Shown here: positions 47,129 through 54,231 of the stretch, in pieces
How positions within the stretch are numbered: position 1 is the stretch's first letter
Layout: each line of letters opens with the position of its first letter
Source of the DNA: Patescibacteria group bacterium
GTDB lineage: Bacteria > Patescibacteriota > Saccharimonadia > UBA4664 > SCTI01
DNA length: 64,000 nucleotides
Direction: 5' to 3'
NCBI GenBank assembly: GCA_004297735.1
Contig: SCTI01000001.1
Span: 190,435-254,434 of the forward strand
Program-made: the position numbers and the translations under genes
Notes under the pieces: generated by a model
Seen by the model: only the letters and a program-made list of their open reading frames with translations
What the model was told of the DNA's origin: nothing
Database searches by the model: none

Positions 47129-48581
47129 ACCCTCCTTTAAATGGTGCCCTAGTCGCAAACTGGCAGTCGCCGGTTTAGCCGCTATAATTATTTTCTTTAT
47201 ATTTAACGTTTATTTAATGTTCACCAATCCTTACGGATGGGGGAGCATAGTACAGCAGCCCTACACCACCAAGGTTGAAAATGGGCAGATAACCTTTCAT
47301 CAAAACTTTACTATAAAAGTTTACGGCGGTCCCGTTGCCGATCTGCTTGGTTACTACAAATCTGGCTTACTTATCGTTCAAAACAGCCTGTTTGGCAGCC
47401 AGCCGGTTCCGGGTAGCTCGGCGGAGGAGATTACCAGCAGCATCCACTGGCTCCGCTTTGACCCAAGCAAGCCCTATCTGATCTCCGGTGACCAGTTCAG
47501 CGTCCTGTATGTCCGTAACCTCGGCGTGTTTTACAATCAACTACTTAACCCCAACATTGCGCTTAGTCAAGACGACTGGCAAAACAAGCAGCGCGTCTAC
47601 CTCCAGTCGGTCCTGTATGGTATTGATGGCTTGAGCGCGGCGCGCACGCCCAAAACCACCGTGGTACCGATTGGGCCCAGATCGGCGGCCCTAACCCAAG
47701 TGCACCCTGGCAGTTACGGCTCCGATAGCGTCTACGGCCTGCTTTACGGCCTAGACCAGCTCCAAAATGAAAAAACTAGCGCAGACGGGAAATATCACCA
47801 ACAGACTCGAGGCGCCGCCGAGCAAATCATACGAGAACGCCAGCCGCAGCTTCAACAAATAGTTAACGACTACTTAAATACGGTGCAAGATCCGCAAACC
47901 GGACTGGTAAAAAACAATCTGAAGCTGGCTAGCGCTCGCGACGGAGTAACCCGTAGCAGCAGCTTTTATGACAATGTGGTGATGTGGAAGACACTTGAAC
48001 TAGCCAATAAACTTGATATTCGTACCACTAATACTCAAGAGCTCACCAGCCTGCATCAACGCATTCTGAACACGTATTGGAGCCAGCAAACCGGCTGTTT
48101 TATTGATTCAATCGACAACCGCTTGAGCTACAGCTCCGACTGGCTGATAGCGCTTCCAATCGAGTTTCTGCTGCCAACCCAGGATAAAGACAGGCTCCAA
48201 AGCTGCGTCAGCTACATTCGCAAACATAAACTGGCTGAACCCTTCCCAATAAAATACAACAACGAGAGCAAACCCGAAGGGCCTTGGGCGGTGCGTACCT
48301 TTGTGCCGAACTACGGCGGAAATGCTATCTGGAGCTATTGGGGCGCCGAGTACATCACCCTGCTGGCTAACCTCAATAAAACCACTAACGATCCAAGCTA
48401 TCGCCAGGAAGCTGAACGCCACATTAACACCTATCACCAAAAAATGGTTGAATACCACGGCTTCCCAGAAACTTTTGATGCAAACGGTAACTTTTTACAA
48501 AACGCGGTTTATAAAAGCATCCGTTCCACCGGCTGGGTGGTGCAGCTAGAGTACGCTGAGTGGCTGTTGAGCCAACCCTAA
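47112..48581 (+). CDS. Hypothetical membrane-anchored protein (possibly six-hairpin glycosidase-like)
   Basis: 489 aa. N-terminal TM. No firm motif. C-terminal region with NAIWSYWG is weakly reminiscent of (alpha/alpha)6 glycosidases. Confidence 0.4.
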   Translation: MSQGRKPSFKWCPSRKLAVAGLAAIIIFFIFNVYLMFTNPYGWGSIVQQPYTTKVENGQITFHQNFTIKVYGGPVADLLGYYKSGLLIVQNSLFGSQPVPGSSAEEITSSIHWLRFDPSKPYLISGDQFSVLYVRNLGVFYNQLLNPNIALSQDDWQNKQRVYLQSVLYGIDGLSAARTPKTTVVPIGPRSAALTQVHPGSYGSDSVYGLLYGLDQLQNEKTSADGKYHQQTRGAAEQIIRERQPQLQQIVNDYLNTVQDPQTGLVKNNLKLASARDGVTRSSSFYDNVVMWKTLELANKLDIRTTNTQELTSLHQRILNTYWSQQTGCFIDSIDNRLSYSSDWLIALPIEFLLPTQDKDRLQSCVSYIRKHKLAEPFPIKYNNESKPEGPWAVRTFVPNYGGNAIWSYWGAEYITLLANLNKTTNDPSYRQEAERHINTYHQKMVEYHGFPETFDANGNFLQNAVYKSIRSTGWVVQLEYAEWLLSQP

Positions 48582-48589
48582 ACGTGCAG

Positions 48590-48628
48590 ACGCCCCGCTA
48601 GCTACATGCCGGCGGGGCGCTTTTATTC
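48590..48628. terminator. Bidirectional hairpin terminator, copy 1 of an identical 39-nt repeat
   Basis: ACGCCCCGCTAGCTACATGCCGGCGGGGCGCTTTTATTC: 8-bp GC stem CGCCCCGC/GCGGGGCG, then TTTTATT. An identical copy lies at 50766-50804. Confidence 0.65.
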
Positions 48629-48636
48629 GATCGTAT

Positions 48637-49206
48637 TCAGCTACTGATGACGTCTCCGTCCCCATCGAGGCCCATCTCGACGAGGATTTTGTCCAGGTCG
48701 CCCTCGATCAGCACCGACTCGCGATAGTACGCAAGGAGCTCGGCGCCGCACCGCTCGACCTCTTCCTTGAGAATGACGCCAATCGCCTGCGGGAGGTAGT
48801 CGTTCTTGGGATCCTTGAACAGCCGGAGCAGCTGATCTCGCTCGAGGGCGCCGATTTCGTGCTGCGGCTCGTCCTCCGTTCCGTGATCGAGCCAGGCCAG
48901 CCAGCGGGCCGGGTACTTTGAGGAATCGAGAACCAACAGGATCGAGCCTCTGGCGCTTTCCCCTGGCTGAAGCAACGGTACCCAGGATTGGGCACCACAG
49001 AGCGGAACCACCATCAAGTCTTGAAACCTCGGCTCCTTGATGAACGGCTCGCTGCACGAACCATCGGATTCATCGGTGTATGCCTTCAGCGGTTGCCCGC
49101 CGTGCTCCTTCAAAAATGGGAGCGCTCTCTCTACGACTCGCTCGAGAGCGATCAGATGGAGCTCGGCCTGCTGGTGGGTGTAAGGATCGGTCATGGTAAG
49201 CCTCAC
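48637..49206 (-). CDS. Hypothetical protein co-oriented immediately downstream of the RT gene (candidate retron accessory/effector)
   Basis: 189 aa, about 62% GC, acidic C-terminus (DGDGDVISS). No recognised domain. 100-nt gap to the RT stop. Lies between the RT and the repeat-1 terminator. Confidence 0.45.
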   Translation of the reverse strand: MRLTMTDPYTHQQAELHLIALERVVERALPFLKEHGGQPLKAYTDESDGSCSEPFIKEPRFQDLMVVPLCGAQSWVPLLQPGESARGSILLVLDSSKYPARWLAWLDHGTEDEPQHEIGALERDQLLRLFKDPKNDYLPQAIGVILKEEVERCGAELLAYYRESVLIEGDLDKILVEMGLDGDGDVISS

Positions 49207-49277
49207 TCAGTTGTACTGTCAAAAAGACTGTGTGATTTATACCATATATAAAAGCATATTCAAATAATGGCTGCTTC

Positions 49278-49310
49278 CCGGTTTTGGTCAGATCCGGAAA
49301 CTGATACTAC
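49278..49310. repeat. 33-nt element CCGGTTTTGGTCAGATCCGG(A/T)AACTGATA(C/G)T, copy 1 of 3
   Basis: Also at 52104-52136 and 53467-53499. Each copy sits 0-6 nt 3' of the stop codon of a minus-strand island gene. Confidence 0.7.
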
Positions 49311-50296
49311 CCTCGGAAGAGGCGCTGTAGCCACTCCTCCATGGGGCTGAGCGGAACTTTGGGCCGAGTAATCGGCTTGACGTAGGTGTACTTCCGCCAA
49401 ACCAGCGCCGCCTGACGATCAAACGGAAAGCCGCCAAGGGCTAGGTGCTCACGCAGAGCGCCCATACGGCCCTCTACCACGCCGGGTTCAATTGCCTTGC
49501 CCACGCGATTACTCTTGCCGTTAACCAAGCAATACATGCTGCCCTCTAGGCCCTGCAGCCACTTGCGCGGCAGGTAGATGGCAAAGGCACGATTGATGTC
49601 ATCGCTAGCTTCACCGGCGCTTGGACCGGCACCCAACCTTAGACCGGTGATCATGACCGGGCGACGAGCCACGTCGTAGTAGCCAGTCTTCTTGTAGTTG
49701 AGTCGGAAGCCACTGCGCTTAATGACAGCTCGAATTGCCTCGCGCTTACGACGACCAATCGGCTCCCAGCTCGAAAACACCAGATCGTCGATATAGCGCG
49801 TATAGGTCAGGCTCCAGCGCTCGGCTAGCTCAATCAACGCCTCGTCAAGCTTACGAGCCGCAACCTGGTTGAACAGATCGGTGGCTGCCGGCGTACCGGT
49901 CATTAGCCCTCGGCCACGAGGAGTGGCCAGGTAGCGACGAACGAAATCCTCCATGCCTACCTGATCTACCCAAAGCTCTGACTTTACTTCAGCCAGAACC
50001 GGATACAGCCACTCGGGGCGAACCGACGGGTAGGCGTTGTACAGATCCAACTTGTAAACGTAGTGGTTACCCCAATGCTGCATAGCGCAACGAACGGCTG
50101 AGCCACCACGTACACCACCAAAGTTATGTGATGGGATGCCAAGCTGTAAGCGTGTTTCGCGGATAACCTGGGCATGCACCTCGCGCATGGCTGCATTGGG
50201 CACAAACACCTCGCGCCGTTTACCGCCATTGCGACCGTTGATGAATCGGCGCTCCGTTGCAGGAGGCGCCGTAATGCTACGGGTCTCCTTAGACAT
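49307..50296 (-). CDS. Reverse transcriptase, retron-type (small stand-alone RT)
   Basis: 329 aa. RT motifs: SHNFGGVRGGSAVRCAMQH (retron-like HxF..GRS...NA..H block), motif A YKLDLYNAYPSV, motif C YIDDLVF (encoded 49784-49795), and PVMITGLRLG corresponding to the retron VTG motif. No maturase/En domains. RBS GGAGG 7 nt upstream. Confidence 0.75.
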   Translation of the reverse strand: MSKETRSITAPPATERRFINGRNGGKRREVFVPNAAMREVHAQVIRETRLQLGIPSHNFGGVRGGSAVRCAMQHWGNHYVYKLDLYNAYPSVRPEWLYPVLAEVKSELWVDQVGMEDFVRRYLATPRGRGLMTGTPAATDLFNQVAARKLDEALIELAERWSLTYTRYIDDLVFSSWEPIGRRKREAIRAVIKRSGFRLNYKKTGYYDVARRPVMITGLRLGAGPSAGEASDDINRAFAIYLPRKWLQGLEGSMYCLVNGKSNRVGKAIEPGVVEGRMGALREHLALGGFPFDRQAALVWRKYTYVKPITRPKVPLSPMEEWLQRLFRG

Positions 50297-50765
50297 TGCG
50301 CCTCCAATTGTAAAAGTATTATCGTGACGACCCGGCGGGGTCTGGAGAAAGACGACAACATGGGTTTACCGGGCCGTGCGCCCTCGCTGCGGCGCGCCCG
50401 AGTGGCGGTCACCGGCCTGCGGAGCAGACCAGCTGCTCTTCTGCCACGAGCGCTCACGCGCCGCGGATGAAGAACCGGCCACCTCATCGTGCCGCAGCCT
50501 GCGCTGGAGCTCCCGCGTACGAGAGCCTATAGACCACCTACACGCTACGGAATGGCTACCGCGTTGGCGGAGTGGCTACCGCTCGTTTGCGTCAGTTGGC
50601 CCAACCTCGTCGTTTGAACGACCAGGCACTGGTGTTAGGACGGTTGTCGACCTTACATCTCCAGACCCCACCTATAGGGTGTCACTACTTACCGAACACC
50701 TATCGGTAGCGTCATGATAGCAGGCCTGTGCATATGGAGGCAATATTAGTTACCTTAAAACTTCA
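50297..50765 (-). ncRNA. Candidate retron msr/msd non-coding RNA region (GC-rich 5' leader of the RT gene)
   Basis: 469 nt with no plausible ORF (all frames Arg-rich nonsense). About 64% GC. Multiple local palindromes (GGAGCTCC, GAGCAGctggtCTGCTC, CACCCTATAGGTGG). Confidence 0.3.
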
Positions 50766-50804
50766 ACGCCCCGCTAGCTACATGCCGGCGGGGCGCTTTT
50801 ATTC
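50766..50804. terminator. Bidirectional hairpin terminator, copy 2 of the identical 39-nt repeat
   Basis: Identical to 48590-48628. Separates gene 50799..51476 from the RT unit. Confidence 0.65.
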
Positions 50805-51476
50805 AACTGAGCCCCACATGTGGAGCTTGACCGAATTCTGAGGACGCTTCAAGATCTGCTCACGCCAAACGAAGTCAGGGTGGAGCTGGCCTTTCTGCCT
50901 AAGAACCAGACAGACCGTATCTACCAGCTCGTTCCAGCGGATGTTGTAGTTCTCGAGGTAGGGGAGAAGCCGCGCGATCGTCACCCGCGGCGGCGCCTCT
51001 AGCGTGCGCTTGTAAAAGCGGCAAATTTCGTACTCGTCGCTGCCGGCTTTAAGCGCGTGCTCCAGTGTGATCTGAAGTCGCTGGTTACGGCGGCACACAT
51101 CAAGGAGCTGCTCCAGACTGAGCGGGAAGTATGCCATTTCGGCCAAGGCATACTCGCACCAATCGCGCACAAACTGGCGACGGGCCACCCCAAAAGCAGT
51201 GACCTGCGTTTTGGCCTCATCTAGGTGCTCGCTAATCTGCGCTAGATTGAGCTGCACCAGGCCGGGCTTAGAGCCCAGCTTGCGGTAGAAGAGATGGCTG
51301 TCGGGCCGGCTACTAAAGTAGCGGGCGGCGGCGTTAAACGCACCTTTAGCCAGCTTAGTCCGGCCGTTTGCGACGTTAAACCTTACCGCGTCATCCATGG
51401 TGGCCCAAAGCTCCACGCTACTACTAGTGCCGCCAAGCGTCGAGAAGCTGGTAAAGCCAGAAGGAGTGCTGTGCAT
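50799..51476 (-). CDS. Hypothetical protein (island gene)
   Basis: 225-aa ORF, about 60% GC, no recognised domain. Confidence 0.4.
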   Translation of the reverse strand: MHSTPSGFTSFSTLGGTSSSVELWATMDDAVRFNVANGRTKLAKGAFNAAARYFSSRPDSHLFYRKLGSKPGLVQLNLAQISEHLDEAKTQVTAFGVARRQFVRDWCEYALAEMAYFPLSLEQLLDVCRRNQRLQITLEHALKAGSDEYEICRFYKRTLEAPPRVTIARLLPYLENYNIRWNELVDTVCLVLRQKGQLHPDFVWREQILKRPQNSVKLHMWGSVE

Positions 51477-52103
51477 AGATTATTCCTCAATCTCGCTGTC
51501 AAAGAAGAAGGACGGCCGAAGCCGTCCCGTGTACACCTCCATACGGAGATGGCGCCGGCCTAAGGGTGCTCTCGGACACCCAGAGGCCTACTCAGTGTTT
51601 CTTTATCCCCCTGAGTTACCGGGGTTTATTTTCGGCTTACCGAGAGTTACCGTCCAGCAACACTACAATTAGATGCAGGAGGTGGATACCCCTAACAAAC
51701 TGACGCTTCCACACTACCCCTAGGAGGTAGCGCGTCAGGCTGACTGGTACTACCATCCACCTGTGAGGTCAGCTCTCCAACTTGCCGCTGATTTACGTCG
51801 CAGCGACTATCAGGTGCAGAGGTGGCTCGAGGCGTGGTCTCGTTAACCTTTCGAGCTTGGCTTATGCCTTGCCCTTGGCACGAGCAACATCGCTGTTGCC
51901 ACTGTTTGAGATACTATCATTTTATGTGTTTTTGTCAACATGCCAAAGAGTCTCGAGTGAGTCGATTTATTACCGATTATTCAAAGCACAAAATTGCCGA
52001 GCTATTTTCGCAGGCGGTGGATTTGCATAAAACTTAAACCAGTTTTAGTTGTGCAGTTTCGTCCTTTTGGACTCGTCAGAACACATACACATGTATTGAC
52101 TGC

Positions 52104-52136
52104 TCCGGTTTTGGTCAGATCCGGTAACTGATAGTG
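52104..52136. repeat. 33-nt element, copy 2
   Basis: CCGGTTTTGGTCAGATCCGGTAACTGATAGT. Lies 3 nt 3' of the stop of 52139..53386. Confidence 0.7.
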
Positions 52137-52138
52137 GT

Positions 52139-53386
52139 TTAGGCCCTAAGTGCCCCCGTGGCGCGATAGGCCTCGAGCCACCTCTCGTTATAGAACCAGT
52201 CAGGCACATATGCACTCTCGATTTCGCCCTCGCTAGAGAGCACCTGGTGGGCCCAGACGCACCGACCCTCGCTGCCGCGAACGCGACTTCCAAAGCCGCT
52301 GTTTACCCGTAGACCTGCCTTTTCGGCAACCACTTCGGGATACCGATAGGGACCGTCAAAGCCGCCGCTGACACTCAGGTAGAGGTCGTCCAGTTCGCAC
52401 ACAGCCAGGACCAATCGCTGGATCTCAGCAATCCCCTCAAGACTCAAGCAACGAGTCCGCGAGGCATGAACCGTGATCGAGGAGCCAGCGGCGTAAAACG
52501 GATGGTTGACGTTTGTCCAGCCCCTCAGAGACTGGTCGTCTTCATCGTCCCGCAACGACCCTTCTGGCGGCAGAACCGCCTGAACAGCCATACCGCGAAT
52601 CAGAGCGGAGGTGTGCCCATTGATCAGCCCAACTGAGATCTTATCTCGGCTCATGACCGGGTGATACCCGGGCACGATACTGAGATCAAGGCCACCACCT
52701 GGCTTAAACAGGCCGTGCCACAGCCTGAATGACCGCTCTGAGTCACCGATCTCAAAGGTGACCAGCTGCAACCAGTCGTAACTCCATCGCCCACTAAGCG
52801 AGTGGGTGATGCCGATCTCTTGGATCTTGGGATGGTCAAGTGCTACAAGTAGTGCCGCTTCAAGGCTATTGACCGCAGCGAACACCACTTCGATTTGAAG
52901 CTGTTCCAGGGCCTCAGCCAGCATTCCAACCGACATGCAGTTGAAGACCGGATTCGGAACGTATGTATTGAGTGTTCGCAGCGACAGCCAGTGCGAAGAG
53001 CGACCAATCCGAGACCGGTGTAGCGGGCCACATGTGTGGTAACGGCTCACCCAGTAGCGCTGGGTATGACTAGCGATCCGGCGCAACGCCCACAGGTGCT
53101 GCTGTCCGGTTGTGCCCGGAAGCATTATCACTGCGCTTACCTGGTAGAGGTGGTCGAGGAGCACCCGTGCAACAGGTGCGCCATCGCGATAAAGCTTGAC
53201 CTCAAGCGAGCGACAAAAGTAGCGCCACTCCAGATCATCCTCGGCGTACTCGAAAGCAAGCTGAGGGTTCTTCACTCCCATATAGGGCAGCGATGGGTTA
53301 CGACCGCGGCTGCGTTGCCACATGCCGTGCAGCAGGACGTACTCGGCGGAACCTGGTTCGTGTCCTTTCAAGATACTCTTTTTCAC
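52139..53386 (-). CDS. Hypothetical protein (island gene), C-terminal half weakly resembles the PNP/MTA-nucleosidase phosphorylase fold
   Basis: 415 aa. Segment VFAAVNSLEAALLVALDHPKIQEIGITHSLSG loosely resembles the glycine-rich nucleoside-phosphorylase family-1 core. The assignment is tentative. Confidence 0.4.
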   Translation of the reverse strand: MKKSILKGHEPGSAEYVLLHGMWQRSRGRNPSLPYMGVKNPQLAFEYAEDDLEWRYFCRSLEVKLYRDGAPVARVLLDHLYQVSAVIMLPGTTGQQHLWALRRIASHTQRYWVSRYHTCGPLHRSRIGRSSHWLSLRTLNTYVPNPVFNCMSVGMLAEALEQLQIEVVFAAVNSLEAALLVALDHPKIQEIGITHSLSGRWSYDWLQLVTFEIGDSERSFRLWHGLFKPGGGLDLSIVPGYHPVMSRDKISVGLINGHTSALIRGMAVQAVLPPEGSLRDDEDDQSLRGWTNVNHPFYAAGSSITVHASRTRCLSLEGIAEIQRLVLAVCELDDLYLSVSGGFDGPYRYPEVVAEKAGLRVNSGFGSRVRGSEGRCVWAHQVLSSEGEIESAYVPDWFYNERWLEAYRATGALRA

Positions 53387-53466
53387 TTCTAATCCTTATG
53401 ACGAGATGGACAAAGAATGACTTATTATACAATTTATTATAATTAAATTCAAATAATTCAGCTTCA

Positions 53467-53499
53467 CCGGTTTTGGTCAGATCCGGTAACTGATAGTGC
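53467..53499. repeat. 33-nt element, copy 3
   Basis: CCGGTTTTGGTCAGATCCGGTAACTGATAGT. Lies 5 nt 3' of the stop of 53504..53917. Confidence 0.7.
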
Positions 53500-53503
53500 G
53501 GGC

Positions 53504-53917
53504 TCAGCCCTGTGGACAAGAGAGAAACACGTACTCTCCGTCGCGCCGCTGAAAGCGACTGATCGTGCTCCAGTCCTCAAACGAAGGGGCGAAGCCGAGA
53601 TGGCGGCGCGCCATGATCTTGTTGAGAACCTGGCGCGTAGCGCTGAACGCGTTGACATAGCCGTAGTAGGTCGCGGTCACGTCGGGGGTCCAGGTGCCGG
53701 TCTGGCTCATGGAGTAGTTGCAGGCCGCGGCGACCTGGTAGAACTGCTTGACGTACCAGCTGTACATCCCCTTGGGCGCGATGATGGTCGACGGACCGGG
53801 GGAGGCGTACGTCGCGCCACCTGAGCTACCGTCCGAACCTCCCGCCAAAGCGGAGGGGGCGGCGATCAGCGAACCGATCACGGCGATCAGGATGAGGATG
53901 TGACGGGAACGGGGCAT
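53504..53917 (-). CDS. Small secreted hypothetical protein (island gene)
   Basis: 137 aa. Signal peptide MPRSRHILILIAVIGSLIAAPSALA. About 63% GC. Confidence 0.45.
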   Translation of the reverse strand: MPRSRHILILIAVIGSLIAAPSALAGGSDGSSGGATYASPGPSTIIAPKGMYSWYVKQFYQVAAACNYSMSQTGTWTPDVTATYYGYVNAFSATRQVLNKIMARRHLGFAPSFEDWSTISRFQRRDGEYVFLSCPQG

Positions 53918-54025
53918 TGCCCCTCCTTTGGTACAGGAAGGATTCTTTTACCTTCGTGCGAAATATATTACCATAAGTTCTTTATTTTGTCAACATATCT
54001 GCCAGATATAAAGAGTGATAATTCC

Positions 54026-54100
54026 TGGTAGTCCCACGGGGACTCGAACCCCGGTTACTGGAATGAGAATCCAGCGTCCTAACCACTAGACGATGGGACC
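54026..54100 (-). tRNA. tRNA-Glu (anticodon CUC)
   Basis: Reverse complement GGTCCCA-TC-GTC TAGTGGTTAG GAC-G-CTGGA TTCTCAT TCCAG-TAAC-CGGGG TTCGAGT CCCCG-TGGGACT-A-CCA. Anticodon CUC. Confidence 0.8.
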
Positions 54101-54231
54101 ATAAGCAGGCTGGGCCTGCGTACTTGAACCTGGATACTATAGCAAAAAAAAGGACTTTTGTCTATAAGGACCCGACCTCTTGGCAATCTGGGCTAAACCA
54201 GTCATAATAGAGTAAAACGTAAGAGGTTTGG

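Larger units (their letters stand above)
48590..54025. other. High-GC accessory island abutting the 3' end of tRNA-Glu
   Basis: Compositional break (about 62% GC versus about 50% backbone). Five co-oriented minus-strand ORFs including a retron-type RT. Shared repeats. Ends at tRNA-Glu (54026-54100). No integrase seen. Confidence 0.5.

Noticed and set aside
49307-50296. RT as a group II intron or diversity-generating retroelement
   Set aside because: At 329 aa it is too small and lacks the maturase (X) and endonuclease domains of group II intron ORFs. No intron-like ribozyme domains flank it. No template/variable repeat pair typical of a DGR was seen nearby. The only local repeat is the 39-nt terminator.
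48641-50717. Alternative ORFs 48641..49057 (-), 48708..48998 (-), 49984..50487 (-), 50174..50470 (+) and 50376..50717 (+)
   Set aside because: These are Arg/Pro/Ala-rich nonsense frames overlapping the real 189-aa ORF and RT gene, or lying in the GC-rich non-coding leader. None shows protein-like composition.
31993-54100. G1-U72 wobble at the top of the acceptor stems of tRNA-Leu and tRNA-Glu, as a sign of pseudogenes
   Set aside because: All other arms, anticodon loops, T-loops and encoded CCA are canonical. A G-U closing pair is tolerated in tRNAs. It is more likely a genuine feature or an off-by-one error in my hand parse. tRNAscan-SE would settle it.
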